A stretch of DNA of 20,000 nt, from the IMG/VR virus record IMGVR_UViG_3300042564_005465, one strand, 5' to 3'. The stretch is from an uncultured virus (IMG/VR IMGVR_UViG_3300042564_005465). Lineage: Duplodnaviria > Heunggongvirae > Uroviricota > Caudoviricetes. How positions within the stretch are numbered: position 1 is the first letter of the stretch; each line of letters begins with the position of its first letter. Shown here one piece after another: positions 1 through 8,027 of the stretch. The notes beneath the pieces are model-generated. The model ran no database searches and was not told the origin of the DNA. It saw only the letters and a program-made list of their open reading frames with translations. Made by a program: the position numbers and the translations under genes.

Positions 1-276
1 ATGACTCCTGGCGAGAAGCAAGCCGAATGGGATCATCTCAGCCAGCTTGTGGGGGATGGTGAACAGGCCCGGAAGCTTGCCGAGGGCGAAGCTTACGATC
101 ATTGGTGCACGCACATTCTCCAGCTCACACTTGAACACGGTGTGAGTCATGCTCAAGCAGTCAAGCTTGACATGCGTGCACGCGGCGCTGACTCAGACAT
201 TGGTTACTATTGCTATCTTTTGGGACTGAGCTCAAGTGCAGAGAGTGAGATATCAGAGCTGTTGGAGGGGGTGTGA
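1..276 (+). CDS. hypothetical phage protein (may be 5'-truncated by the window edge)
   Basis: ORF in the same orientation as the cluster; its stop overlaps the next start (GTGATG at 273-278). Confidence 0.6.
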   Translation: MTPGEKQAEWDHLSQLVGDGEQARKLAEGEAYDHWCTHILQLTLEHGVSHAQAVKLDMRARGADSDIGYYCYLLGLSSSAESEISELLEGV

Positions 277-563
277 TGCACTCTCCCCGAGAGCTTGATA
301 CTCTGTATGAGAACGTGCCGGACCACTTTCTCGAGCTTTATTTTCGAAGCTGGAACGGCTACGAAGAATATGGGCACATGGCGATTGTGCAGCACACTGG
401 TACCAATCAGCTTTACATTCACCGTTGGAACTACAGTGTGATGGCTGAGGACAACACTATGAGGTGGGACCCTTGGGAGGTAACGGAAGAAGAGGCCATC
501 CAGGAAATGCTGGAGTGGGACCAAGAGGTCGACGAGCACGAAGTTGGCTTTCAAGGTTGGTGA
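273..563 (+). CDS. acidic hypothetical phage protein
   Basis: GGAGG upstream, GTGA overlap with previous stop (ATG at 276 is an alternative start). Confidence 0.7.
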   Translation: MMHSPRELDTLYENVPDHFLELYFRSWNGYEEYGHMAIVQHTGTNQLYIHRWNYSVMAEDNTMRWDPWEVTEEEAIQEMLEWDQEVDEHEVGFQGW

Positions 564-615
564 TTGGTCTGCGGCACTGCAACCTGGCTATCTTAAACAT
601 GTTACGGAGAATAAG

Positions 616-1014
616 ATGACAATCCTGGATTGGACCAGTCCCAAGAAGGTGATGACCACAGGAGAGCGAGCTCGCAATTACGGGTTCGATGGCGGCCCGC
701 CAGGCGGTTACGTGCCCAACATGAGCGAAGATGATGCTGCCCAGTGGCGTGCCAAGCTGGTTGGCCACAAGTCAGGGCACCCGCAGGTGGAGATCCGCAA
801 AACTGCCGGAGAAGCTCAGATCCTCCTCATCGTAAGCCTAGGCGATGGTTACAAATACAAGTATTACACTCCTGAGGGCACCAAGGGCATCAACGTCCAC
901 CTCAGCCTGAACGGGGCGGCGCAGATGTCCTTTCAGGAGATGGCTGAGATGGCCCAGGCGGTGGAAGAAGCCAAGGCTCACCTAATGGTATTTTTGGATT
1001 CCCAAATCGGTTGA
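616..1014 (+). CDS. hypothetical phage protein (132 aa)
   Basis: Start moved from 544 to ATG 616, which follows GGAG; stop TGA lies inside the next -35 box. Confidence 0.75.
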   Translation: MTILDWTSPKKVMTTGERARNYGFDGGPPGGYVPNMSEDDAAQWRAKLVGHKSGHPQVEIRKTAGEAQILLIVSLGDGYKYKYYTPEGTKGINVHLSLNGAAQMSFQEMAEMAQAVEEAKAHLMVFLDSQIG

Positions 1015-1038
1015 CAGGCACTGCCACCCTGCTATAAT
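1011..1038 (+). promoter_or_regulatory. sigma70-type early promoter
   Basis: TTGACA-16 nt-TATAAT with extended -10 TG (CTGCTATAAT). Confidence 0.85.
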
Positions 1039-1071
1039 GCCCATATGAACAGAGAAGTTCGGAGCACTGAG

Positions 1072-1473
1072 ATGAGCATTGCCAAAGAGACTCCTGCCCA
1101 GAAGCGTCGTCGGGAAAAGGAAGAACTGGAGATTGCCCAGCGTGAGAGTGAGCAGAAGTTTGAGGCGGAGAAATCAACTCGTCTCCTGCATGCCATGGCT
1201 CGTGCCCAAGGGCTAGGAGTTGAGGCGCAGGTGTTTTACCGCTACGAAGATGTGCTCATCTACCAGTTCGACTTCAGCCAAGTCAACCTGCCCAACAGCT
1301 TGGACACGTTTTGCGACACAGTGGCTGAACTCAGCGAGTGGATGATGGACAGCATCGAGAACCAGCTCAAGCTGGTTGAAGAAGCTCGTGACCGTGGCAA
1401 GCGGTTGGCAAATCTTAAGAAAGAAGTGCTGGCTCGCCTCACTGATGAGGAACGTGAGGCGCTGGGTGTTTGA
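1072..1473 (+). CDS. hypothetical coiled-coil protein; distant paralog of 4533..4922
   Basis: GGAG 7 nt before ATG 1072 (ATG 1045 possible as leaderless start); C-terminal LARLTDEEREALGV. Confidence 0.8.
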   Translation: MSIAKETPAQKRRREKEELEIAQRESEQKFEAEKSTRLLHAMARAQGLGVEAQVFYRYEDVLIYQFDFSQVNLPNSLDTFCDTVAELSEWMMDSIENQLKLVEEARDRGKRLANLKKEVLARLTDEEREALGV

Positions 1474-1523
1474 TTGCCTGTTGACGGGTGTTCAAAACCT
1501 GCCGTCCAGACTGCGTAAATCTC

Positions 1524-1552
1524 TTGACAACATACTTAAACAGTGCTAGTGT
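1524..1552 (+). promoter_or_regulatory. sigma70-type early promoter
   Basis: TTGACA-17 nt-TAGTGT with TGC before the -10, intergenic, ahead of AAGGA RBS. Confidence 0.65.
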
Positions 1553-1579
1553 AGGCACATAACACAAAGGAATATCAAG

Positions 1580-1777
1580 ATGTTCAATACCGATCACATG
1601 TGGACTGAACTGGCCCAAAACGGTCGCACCAATGTTGAGGTGCTGTCGCCCACTGGCAATGAGCTTCGTGAGCAGCTTCAGATGGAAGCTGATGCCGAAG
1701 GTGTTCGCCTGCGCATGGACCTCAAGCCCAACAAGATGGGCAGCTACACCGCCTACGTGTATCTGCGCAAGAACTGA
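1580..1777 (+). CDS. small hypothetical protein (65 aa)
   Basis: AAGGA RBS, upstream promoter, biased codon use. Confidence 0.8.
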   Translation: MFNTDHMWTELAQNGRTNVEVLSPTGNELREQLQMEADAEGVRLRMDLKPNKMGSYTAYVYLRKN

Positions 1778-1810
1778 CAGCAAATAGCTTCCTAGATCAA
1801 AGGGCAGGCC

Positions 1811-1966
1811 ATGCGTGCAATGAGAAACTTTCTCCTGGTGCTGTTTGCCATTATTTTTGTGGGCAACTTTGCCCTGTTTGGCGCATGTATCATGAGCGGC
1901 GATAAAAACAGCATGGCCTGTTGGCTCATCAGTGATCGTGTGGAAGTTGGCATTCAGCAGCGATAA
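1811..1966 (+). CDS. small membrane protein (51 aa, MRAMRNFLLVLFAIIFVGNFALFGACI...), absent from the ORF track
   Basis: Hand-translated ORF filling the gap; N-terminal hydrophobic helix; stop TAA runs into the AAGGAG RBS of the next gene. Confidence 0.65.
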   Translation: MRAMRNFLLVLFAIIFVGNFALFGACIMSGDKNSMACWLISDRVEVGIQQR

Positions 1967-1977
1967 GGAGTCACACA

Positions 1978-2703
1978 GTGAACACCGTTCAAGATTATCA
2001 GGGCAGCCCCAGTGAGCACTCACTCAAGAGTGCTACTCGCTGCATTGACATGAGCAAGGCCCTTGATTATCATGGCAGTCCTGGTGAGCACATTCTCAAG
2101 AGTGCTGCTCGCTGCATTGACATGAGCAAGACACAAGCCTGTGCGGTGCGACTGCATTTCAACGACGTTGAGCTGGTCATCGACCACACCATGACTGTGG
2201 ATGAGATTGCCGAACGGTATGATCAGGAGCGTGTGTTGGCTGCCCAACGTTGGCGAGATAGTGATGCTGGGCGGCAAGTGATGCAGGAACTGGAAGATAT
2301 CAGAGCAAGTCATCAAAGCCGGCATGACAAGCTCATGGCTGTGCTGTGGGACGTGGCAAGCGACGAGAGCAAGCTGATGGATTGGCTCTACGATTTCAGC
2401 GACGCCGCTGACCATGTGGGAGTAGAGGGCAAAGACTTTCAGCGAGTCAGCAGTGTGCTCGAGCTGCACGGGTATGTGGAAAATGACTGTGTGGGCTGGG
2501 ACAAATGTCAGTTTGAAAATCCACGTGTCATGGCTCGCTACATTGCAGGGCAGGCGCTGAACTGCATGAAACGCATGAACATGGGACCACATCCTATGAC
2601 ACAAAGCTTTGTGGAAAAATACCATGCGCTGACAAAACTCATTGACAGCCGAGCTATCCCTGCTATACTGAGTCCGGAAGCAAGGAAACTGTGTGATGAC
2701 TGA
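1978..2703 (+). CDS. hypothetical protein with duplicated N-terminal 24-aa segment
   Basis: AAGGAG RBS + GTG; 241-aa ORF. Confidence 0.8.
   Translation: MNTVQDYQGSPSEHSLKSATRCIDMSKALDYHGSPGEHILKSAARCIDMSKTQACAVRLHFNDVELVIDHTMTVDEIAERYDQERVLAAQRWRDSDAGRQVMQELEDIRASHQSRHDKLMAVLWDVASDESKLMDWLYDFSDAADHVGVEGKDFQRVSSVLELHGYVENDCVGWDKCQFENPRVMARYIAGQALNCMKRMNMGPHPMTQSFVEKYHALTKLIDSRAIPAILSPEARKLCDD
1993..2130 (+). repeat. in-frame tandem duplication, 72-bp period, 2 copies
   Basis: gattatca...cgctgcattgacatgagcaag at 1993-2058 and 2065-2130 (DYQGSPSEHSLKSATRCIDMSK / DYHGSPGEHILKSAARCIDMSK). Confidence 0.9.
2642..2669 (+). promoter_or_regulatory. early promoter inside the 3' end of the upstream CDS
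   Basis: TTGACA-16 nt-TATACT with CTGC before the -10. Confidence 0.75.
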
Positions 2704-3079
2704 CTCTGTATCTCGGTATCTCAGCACCTGGCAGGGCAACCGGCTGCTGGAAAAGCACAGCCTGGATGATGAAGGCACATGGCGAGTGCGTGGTGAAGAT
2801 CCCAACCCTGACATGGGCGGGCATCATCATGAACCTGAGCTGGGTGTGTTTGAAGGTCGCTTGCGTGATATCATTGGGTATGCGGTACACCTGCCAGATT
2901 TCTACACTTGGGGAGCCGGTGGATCAATCGAACGCCATGTGCCCAAGCGGGTGATGAAGATCACGGCCCTCAGTGTGCGAGAACTGAATGAAAAGCGTGA
3001 GCGTATTCGAGCTCTAGAGGAAGAGAAGAGTCGGATCGAACGCGAAATCGCATCAATCAAGAACGAGATAGGAGAGTAA
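2693..3079 (+). CDS. hypothetical phage protein (WRVRGEDPN..GGHHH motif, C-terminal coiled coil)
   Basis: AAGGA RBS; GTG 2693 or ATG 2696. Confidence 0.8.
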   Translation: MMTDSVSRYLSTWQGNRLLEKHSLDDEGTWRVRGEDPNPDMGGHHHEPELGVFEGRLRDIIGYAVHLPDFYTWGAGGSIERHVPKRVMKITALSVRELNEKRERIRALEEEKSRIEREIASIKNEIGE

Positions 3080-3080
3080 C

Positions 3081-3293
3081 ATGAGCAAGCTGGTTCCCGT
3101 TGCCCGGCACACGCCCACTGTGTTTGTGCGGAGTGATCTGGTGGTGAGTATGGAGATTGTGGACTATGGCTCACATGCAGAGCCACAAATTTCTCTCACC
3201 CTTGGCACAATGGTGAGTGAGCGGTTTGACTCTGTCTCTGGGGCTTCTGAAGCCGCGGTGCGCATCTGCAATGTGTGCAATGAGGCTAAGTGA
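3081..3293 (+). CDS. small hypothetical protein
   Basis: AGGAG RBS; abuts both neighbours. Confidence 0.7.
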   Translation: MSKLVPVARHTPTVFVRSDLVVSMEIVDYGSHAEPQISLTLGTMVSERFDSVSGASEAAVRICNVCNEAK

Positions 3294-3520
3294 TGACTCC
3301 GTTTGATCCGTCCACTGAATGGACAGTGGTCTCACCAGGTGTGATTGAGCTACCTACCACCGGCATCACAATCCAACTCATGCCCAACTGGAGCACAGGT
3401 CATCGCTATCAAGTGATGTGGAACCATCGAGAAATCTCTCGCACTGCCACTCTTGACTTTGCCAAACTCGAGGCTCAACAATGGCTGAGAGAACTGTTGG
3501 CTATGGGAATGGAACCATGA
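3290..3520 (+). CDS. small hypothetical protein
   Basis: GAGG RBS, GTGATG overlap with previous stop. Confidence 0.7.
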   Translation: MMTPFDPSTEWTVVSPGVIELPTTGITIQLMPNWSTGHRYQVMWNHREISRTATLDFAKLEAQQWLRELLAMGMEP

Positions 3521-3861
3521 GCACGCTTGGTGAACGCATGGTGGAGGCGGCGGCGCGGGCGATCTATCACGCCCATCTGCGCGAGGAAGCCACCCTATGG
3601 GATGATTTGGTAGCGGGCTACAGTGATAAGCCCGGCACGCTCGGGTATCGGGCGCTTCAACGTTGTCGTACCCAAGCCCGCGCTGCTCTCGCCGATGCCC
3701 TCGCTGTGGCGGATGGGGATAAGGTAGTGTTGACGAGAGTGCCAGATGACGTGACTGAAAGTGATGCCCCTAAGTGCATGGGGACGGTGGATGGACTGGC
3801 TTGGTCTTTGGGATACTACGCTTGCCGATGCATTACGCTAAAGGAGAGGGTGACGCTGTGA
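3517..3861 (+). CDS. hypothetical phage protein (MVEAAARAIY...ARAAL motif)
   Basis: Start moved to ATG 3517 (ATGA overlap with previous stop). Confidence 0.7.
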   Translation: MSTLGERMVEAAARAIYHAHLREEATLWDDLVAGYSDKPGTLGYRALQRCRTQARAALADALAVADGDKVVLTRVPDDVTESDAPKCMGTVDGLAWSLGYYACRCITLKERVTL

Positions 3862-4199
3862 GCGAGTTTAGTGACGACTATGATCCCAGGAAGGATCCCA
3901 CTATCTCGGCTGAACTCCTGCTAGAGTATGAGCGTGAGGAAGAGGCCTATGATGAGGCTCGCGGACGGTTCAATTCTGTTCTCAAAAAGATCCGAGCTCA
4001 TCGACTCACGTCATTGACAGAGATGCCTGAGTGTTCTGAATGCAGTGCTGGCATTGTGCGCAACAAGTGTGCCCTAGAGCTAGATTACTATAGCTGCCCG
4101 CGGCATGAGCAGGTGGAAGACTATGGTGGCTCAGAAGCCCTCATGCGCCACTTCAAAATTGGCCGCTATCGAGAAGACCTTGGGAACAACGCAGCATGA
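3858..4199 (+). CDS. hypothetical protein with possible Zn-binding motif (CxxC...C...CxxH)
   Basis: GGAGAGG upstream and GTGA overlap at 3858; CSEC-x8-C-x8-CPRH. Confidence 0.7.
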   Translation: MSEFSDDYDPRKDPTISAELLLEYEREEEAYDEARGRFNSVLKKIRAHRLTSLTEMPECSECSAGIVRNKCALELDYYSCPRHEQVEDYGGSEALMRHFKIGRYREDLGNNAA

Positions 4200-4492
4200 C
4201 CACAGTGTATCGAATTCGCCACAAGCCCACGGGCATGTATTTCTGTCCCAGCCGAGAGATCAAGATCAAGCTGGAGGGAGACAGCATTTGGCGGGCAAAC
4301 GGTCGCTACATCAAAAGCAATCTCAGCAAGGACGGCAAGGCTTATGTGCGCCGGCCCACCGTCAAGCAGATTGGAGGCTATTACTATACTCATGTGGGTG
4401 TGACACATGTGGATGATCTCAACCACGGCGTCATGGGCGAATACCGAATGCTGCGAGTTGTTCCCGAAGAGTGGGAAATTGAAGCTGTTTAG
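4196..4492 (+). CDS. hypothetical phage protein (VYRIRHKPTGMYF N-terminus)
   Basis: ATGA overlap; 98-aa ORF. Confidence 0.75.
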   Translation: MTTVYRIRHKPTGMYFCPSREIKIKLEGDSIWRANGRYIKSNLSKDGKAYVRRPTVKQIGGYYYTHVGVTHVDDLNHGVMGEYRMLRVVPEEWEIEAV

Positions 4493-4532
4493 TAAATGCA
4501 CTCAACACACTTAGTTTGGAAGGAATGGAAGA

Positions 4533-4922
4533 ATGGTGCTGAGAGCTGAGGCTGCCGCCAAACAGGACATGGCACGTCGAGAAAAACTTGAACACATTGT
4601 TGAGCTGCCACTCAAGATTCTGTATCTGCAGGCTCGAGCGCATGCGATAGAAGTAGGTGTCAGCGTCAAGTTCAACCACACTGGAATCAGTGTGGTGTTT
4701 GTTTTTGATGATGATGGTGGTGATTGGCTGGCGTTGTATGCGAGCACAAGTGCCCTGGCCAACAGCACGCCGGAAGAGGTTGCGGCTGTGGAAGCCCGAC
4801 TCAATTTTATAGCAGCTGAACAAGCTGAGGCAACAAAGCGTCAAAAGTTGGCAGAGCAAGCTGCCAGCAAGCTCACAGCTGAAGAGCTTGAGGCATTGTT
4901 GCAGGAATACAAAATCCTATGA
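4533..4922 (+). CDS. hypothetical protein; distant paralog of 1072..1473
   Basis: AGGA/GGA upstream; C-terminal ASKLTAEELEALL. Confidence 0.75.
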   Translation: MVLRAEAAAKQDMARREKLEHIVELPLKILYLQARAHAIEVGVSVKFNHTGISVVFVFDDDGGDWLALYASTSALANSTPEEVAAVEARLNFIAAEQAEATKRQKLAEQAASKLTAEELEALLQEYKIL

Positions 4923-5098
4923 CGCCTGAACAGAGAGCTCGCGAACTAGCACAATCAATTGATACCGAAGCACCTCGAATGCCCATGACTGTGTGGGACA
5001 GATTCATTCTCATAGCTGCACTAGCCTTGAGTGGCTACATGAGCTATCTGGTAATCACCAACATCTACAAATTTGTATCTGTATTGTTTGTGGGATAA
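4919..5098 (+). CDS. small membrane protein (59 aa, MTPEQRARELAQ...FILIAALALSGYMSYLVITNIYKFVSVLFVG), absent from the ORF track
   Basis: Hand-translated; ATGA overlap at its start and TAATG overlap at its end; hydrophobic C-terminal half. Confidence 0.7.
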   Translation: MTPEQRARELAQSIDTEAPRMPMTVWDRFILIAALALSGYMSYLVITNIYKFVSVLFVG

Positions 5099-5457
5099 TG
5101 TGTGCCCGGTCCACAGTTGACCCAAGCGTCTACAGTCTCTATCCCTGTCCCTTCTGTGGAGAATCGGCTCGTCTAAACGAGTATTTTGACTACACCTACA
5201 ATGATCCCTACGGCTACAGTGTGGAATGCGTGGACTGCGGATTGTGTCTTGACACTCATGACACTGCTGAAGATGCAATTGCGGAATGGAACACTCGCTC
5301 ACCAACTGAACAGGAAACAGTGCTGGTCCGCCAACTGGAGTTAGCCCAAGCTCGTGTAAGGGAGTTGGAAAGCTGGCTGACCAAGGTGGCCATTGGCACA
5401 TGGAACGACATTGACACGGTAGTCAGCCACGCACAAAAATTGAAAAATAGTGGTTGA
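5098..5457 (+). CDS. Lar-family restriction-alleviation-like Zn-ribbon protein
   Basis: LxPCPFCG...VECxxCG...A.A.WNTR signature; start moved to ATG 5098 (TAATG coupling). Confidence 0.75.
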   Translation: MCARSTVDPSVYSLYPCPFCGESARLNEYFDYTYNDPYGYSVECVDCGLCLDTHDTAEDAIAEWNTRSPTEQETVLVRQLELAQARVRELESWLTKVAIGTWNDIDTVVSHAQKLKNSG

Positions 5458-5481
5458 CACCAGCACAAAATATGTTATGTT
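5454..5481 (+). promoter_or_regulatory. early promoter
   Basis: TTGACA-16 nt-TATGTT with TG before the -10; TGA of the -35 is the upstream stop codon. Confidence 0.65.
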
Positions 5482-5513
5482 GCTGGCACATTGTTTTGGA
5501 AAGGTCTAGCGTG

Positions 5514-5807
5514 ATGAACACTCTTGCCTCTATGTGGAATCAGATGTTTGGTATTCGCGCAGAACTTATGCGCATCCAAACGAGCCTTGACAACCACCTG
5601 TTCTTTCTCTCCAATCGAGAGAAGGTTGTAGCCAGCACTCTTGAGCGTTTGAGCCAGGTGCGAGAGCGCAACCCTGATTCAGCTGATAGGCTAGCACGCC
5701 TGGAAGAGATTTTCCTGAGCCGCGTTACCAATGCCAAAAACATGAGCGAAGTGTCCTCCACCCTGGGCAAGCTCTTGAAGACCTTGGATCGCGAGCGGCT
5801 CGACTAA
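5514..5807 (+). CDS. helical hypothetical protein (97 aa)
   Basis: GGAAAGG RBS before GTG 5511/ATG 5514; the longer track ORF starts within the promoter. Confidence 0.7.
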   Translation: MNTLASMWNQMFGIRAELMRIQTSLDNHLFFLSNREKVVASTLERLSQVRERNPDSADRLARLEEIFLSRVTNAKNMSEVSSTLGKLLKTLDRERLD

Positions 5808-5823
5808 ATCCCACTAGTTTGGG

Positions 5824-5851
5824 TTGACATAACCTACAAGTCTGCTATAGT
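5824..5851 (+). promoter_or_regulatory. early promoter for rIIA
   Basis: TTGACA-16 nt-TATAGT with CTGC before the -10, intergenic. Confidence 0.85.
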
Positions 5852-5881
5852 CACCACACAACAGAGAACAAGGATACTCTA

Positions 5882-7969
5882 GTGCGTATCACCAACAACA
5901 CACAGACTCTGGAGCGAGGCGGAGTAGGCGAAGAGACCACTTTCCGCATCAAGGCCAATGCTCGTGCATTCAGCATCCTGTCGAGTAATCTCTATGCTGA
6001 CAAGATCAAGGCTGTGATCCGCGAGCTCTCTTGCAATGCCTGGGACAGCCATGTGGCTGCTGGCAAGCAGGACACACCTTTTGATGTGCATCTGCCCAAC
6101 AGCATGGAGCCTTGGTTCTCTGTGACCGACTACGGCCTGGGTCTCAGTCATGAGCAGGTGATGGACCTATACACAACCTATTTCAGTTCCAGTAAGACCG
6201 AAAGCAACGACTATGTGGGTGCGCTGGGCCTGGGCAGCAAATCTCCCTTCGCCTACACAAATGGCTTTGATGTTGTAAGCACCTTCAATGGTGAGCAGCA
6301 CAGCTATGCCATGTTCATCAATGAGGCAGGCGAGCCGAGTGTAGCCAAGCTGGGGGTGCAAAACACCACTGCGCCCAATGGTGTGATGGTGAAGCTGCCT
6401 GTGAAGCGTGACGACATGGGCAACTTTTGCCAGACGGCAGAGCAAGTGTTCATGTGGTTTACCAATCAGCCAGTGGTGTGTGGTAACAACAACTACAGGC
6501 AGCGATCCATCACTCGAACTCAAGAGGGAGATGGTTGGTATCTTCGAGACGAAGATCGCTATTATCGCAGCGGTGCTGTGGCACGGATGGGCAGTGTTGC
6601 CTATCCCATCAAAAGCAGCCAGCTCAACAATCGCTTCACTAGCCTGATCCATCTACCACTGGTGATTGAATTCAACATTGGTGAGCTGGATGTGGCTGCT
6701 AGCCGTGAAGAACTCAGCTACGATCCCACCACCATTGCTGTTCTCGAGAGCAAGCTGGACCAAGTGCTCCAGAACATTCGTGATGTGGTCAACAAGCAGT
6801 TTGAAGAAGCACCAACTCTTTGGGCAGCTCGGTGCCTCTACCACCAGCTGTGGCATCGAAACTATCACACGCGGGGTTTGATCCAAGTTTTGAACTCTGC
6901 TGGTGTCTATCCCAAGTGGCAGGGAGAGGATATTTCAGCAAATGATTTTTATGCCAAGACCCTTACTGAAAATCTTGCGGTTGTGTTGCACCATGTTCGA
7001 GACAGTGGGCGTCGAGAACAGGCCCGATACATCACAACCTCCAATGAAGTGACGTTTTTTCGGCAAGACTGCGTTGACACCACCAGCCGAGTTGGGCTTT
7101 GGCTAAAGGCTGAGCAAAAGGCAGGTCGACACCCGCGAGCCCATATCATCACCGGCGAAGATGATGTTGTTGCCCAAGTGCTGGCCCAACTGGGCAATCC
7201 TCCAATTCAAAGCGCCAAGAGCTTGACACGTGCTGAACGTGTGGTAATGAAGTTCAAGGGTGCAGTATGGGTTGGCCGCGCAAGCATTTGGGGTCGAGTG
7301 CGCAAGAGTGATAACTGGGGCAATGAGAAGGAGCTTACTACTTCGCAGGGGGGGCTATATGTGCAGATTGACGTACTGGACCCTGTAAGCCCAGATGGGC
7401 AGGACGTGGCCATGGGTGATCTAGTGCGTGGAATGGTTGGGCTTGGTATCATCAAGAGCGCAACTGAGATCTGGGGCATCAACAAAACCAATGTCAAGAA
7501 GATTGTTGGTGAGCCCAAGTGGATTGAGTTTACCAGCTGGGCTCACCAAGAGGTCCAGAAGTTTATTGACAACGGCAAGTGGAAGGACCGTGTGGTTGCC
7601 ACTGGGTTGATCAACAGCTTTGTTCAGGCAGCTGGCAACAACCAATCCAATTGGCAGGTGTTTGCCAAGCATGAGAACGTGATTGGACGTATGGTACGCG
7701 AGTGGAATCAGCACACAGATGTGCTGAGCAAGGCCAAATCCAAGAACATGGATATTACTATACAGGATCTCACACTGGCAGCTCGTTCAATTGGTGTGGA
7801 CATCAAGGGCATCCGGCCCGACACTGCCCATGTGGACCTATTGTTTGACGAGATCAAGGCCCGGTATCCTCTCATGCGCTTTGCGTTCGGACTACGCAAC
7901 GAGCCGTTGACCCCCTTTGTGGAGTATGTGGAGTCAATTGACAAAAACTCTCCACAAAATAACACTTGA
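5882..7969 (+). CDS. rIIA: RIIA-like protein (N-terminal GHKL ATPase domain)
   Basis: AFSILSSNLY, IRELSCNAWDSH, DYGLGL, SSSK...GALGLGSKSPFAY, LDVAASREELSY; directly upstream of an rIIB-like gene. Confidence 0.92.
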   Translation: MRITNNTQTLERGGVGEETTFRIKANARAFSILSSNLYADKIKAVIRELSCNAWDSHVAAGKQDTPFDVHLPNSMEPWFSVTDYGLGLSHEQVMDLYTTYFSSSKTESNDYVGALGLGSKSPFAYTNGFDVVSTFNGEQHSYAMFINEAGEPSVAKLGVQNTTAPNGVMVKLPVKRDDMGNFCQTAEQVFMWFTNQPVVCGNNNYRQRSITRTQEGDGWYLRDEDRYYRSGAVARMGSVAYPIKSSQLNNRFTSLIHLPLVIEFNIGELDVAASREELSYDPTTIAVLESKLDQVLQNIRDVVNKQFEEAPTLWAARCLYHQLWHRNYHTRGLIQVLNSAGVYPKWQGEDISANDFYAKTLTENLAVVLHHVRDSGRREQARYITTSNEVTFFRQDCVDTTSRVGLWLKAEQKAGRHPRAHIITGEDDVVAQVLAQLGNPPIQSAKSLTRAERVVMKFKGAVWVGRASIWGRVRKSDNWGNEKELTTSQGGLYVQIDVLDPVSPDGQDVAMGDLVRGMVGLGIIKSATEIWGINKTNVKKIVGEPKWIEFTSWAHQEVQKFIDNGKWKDRVVATGLINSFVQAAGNNQSNWQVFAKHENVIGRMVREWNQHTDVLSKAKSKNMDITIQDLTLAARSIGVDIKGIRPDTAHVDLLFDEIKARYPLMRFAFGLRNEPLTPFVEYVESIDKNSPQNNT

Positions 7970-7994
7970 CACTATTCCAACCTTATAATACATT
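7966..7994 (+). promoter_or_regulatory. probable promoter for rIIB
   Basis: TTGACA (contains the rIIA stop) with TACATT at 17 nt; a TATAAT lies at 12 nt; -10 assignment uncertain. Confidence 0.5.
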
Positions 7995-8027
7995 CACTAC
8001 TGTGAACAACCCGAAAGGAAACCTACA

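Noticed and set aside
1774..1800. Further promoter at CTGACA overlapping the stop of 1580..1777
   Set aside because: No convincing -10 at 16-17 nt
4993..5097. N-terminal extension of the Lar-like ORF given in the ORF track
   Set aside because: Region is better explained by the coupled 59-aa membrane ORF 4919..5098 in another frame
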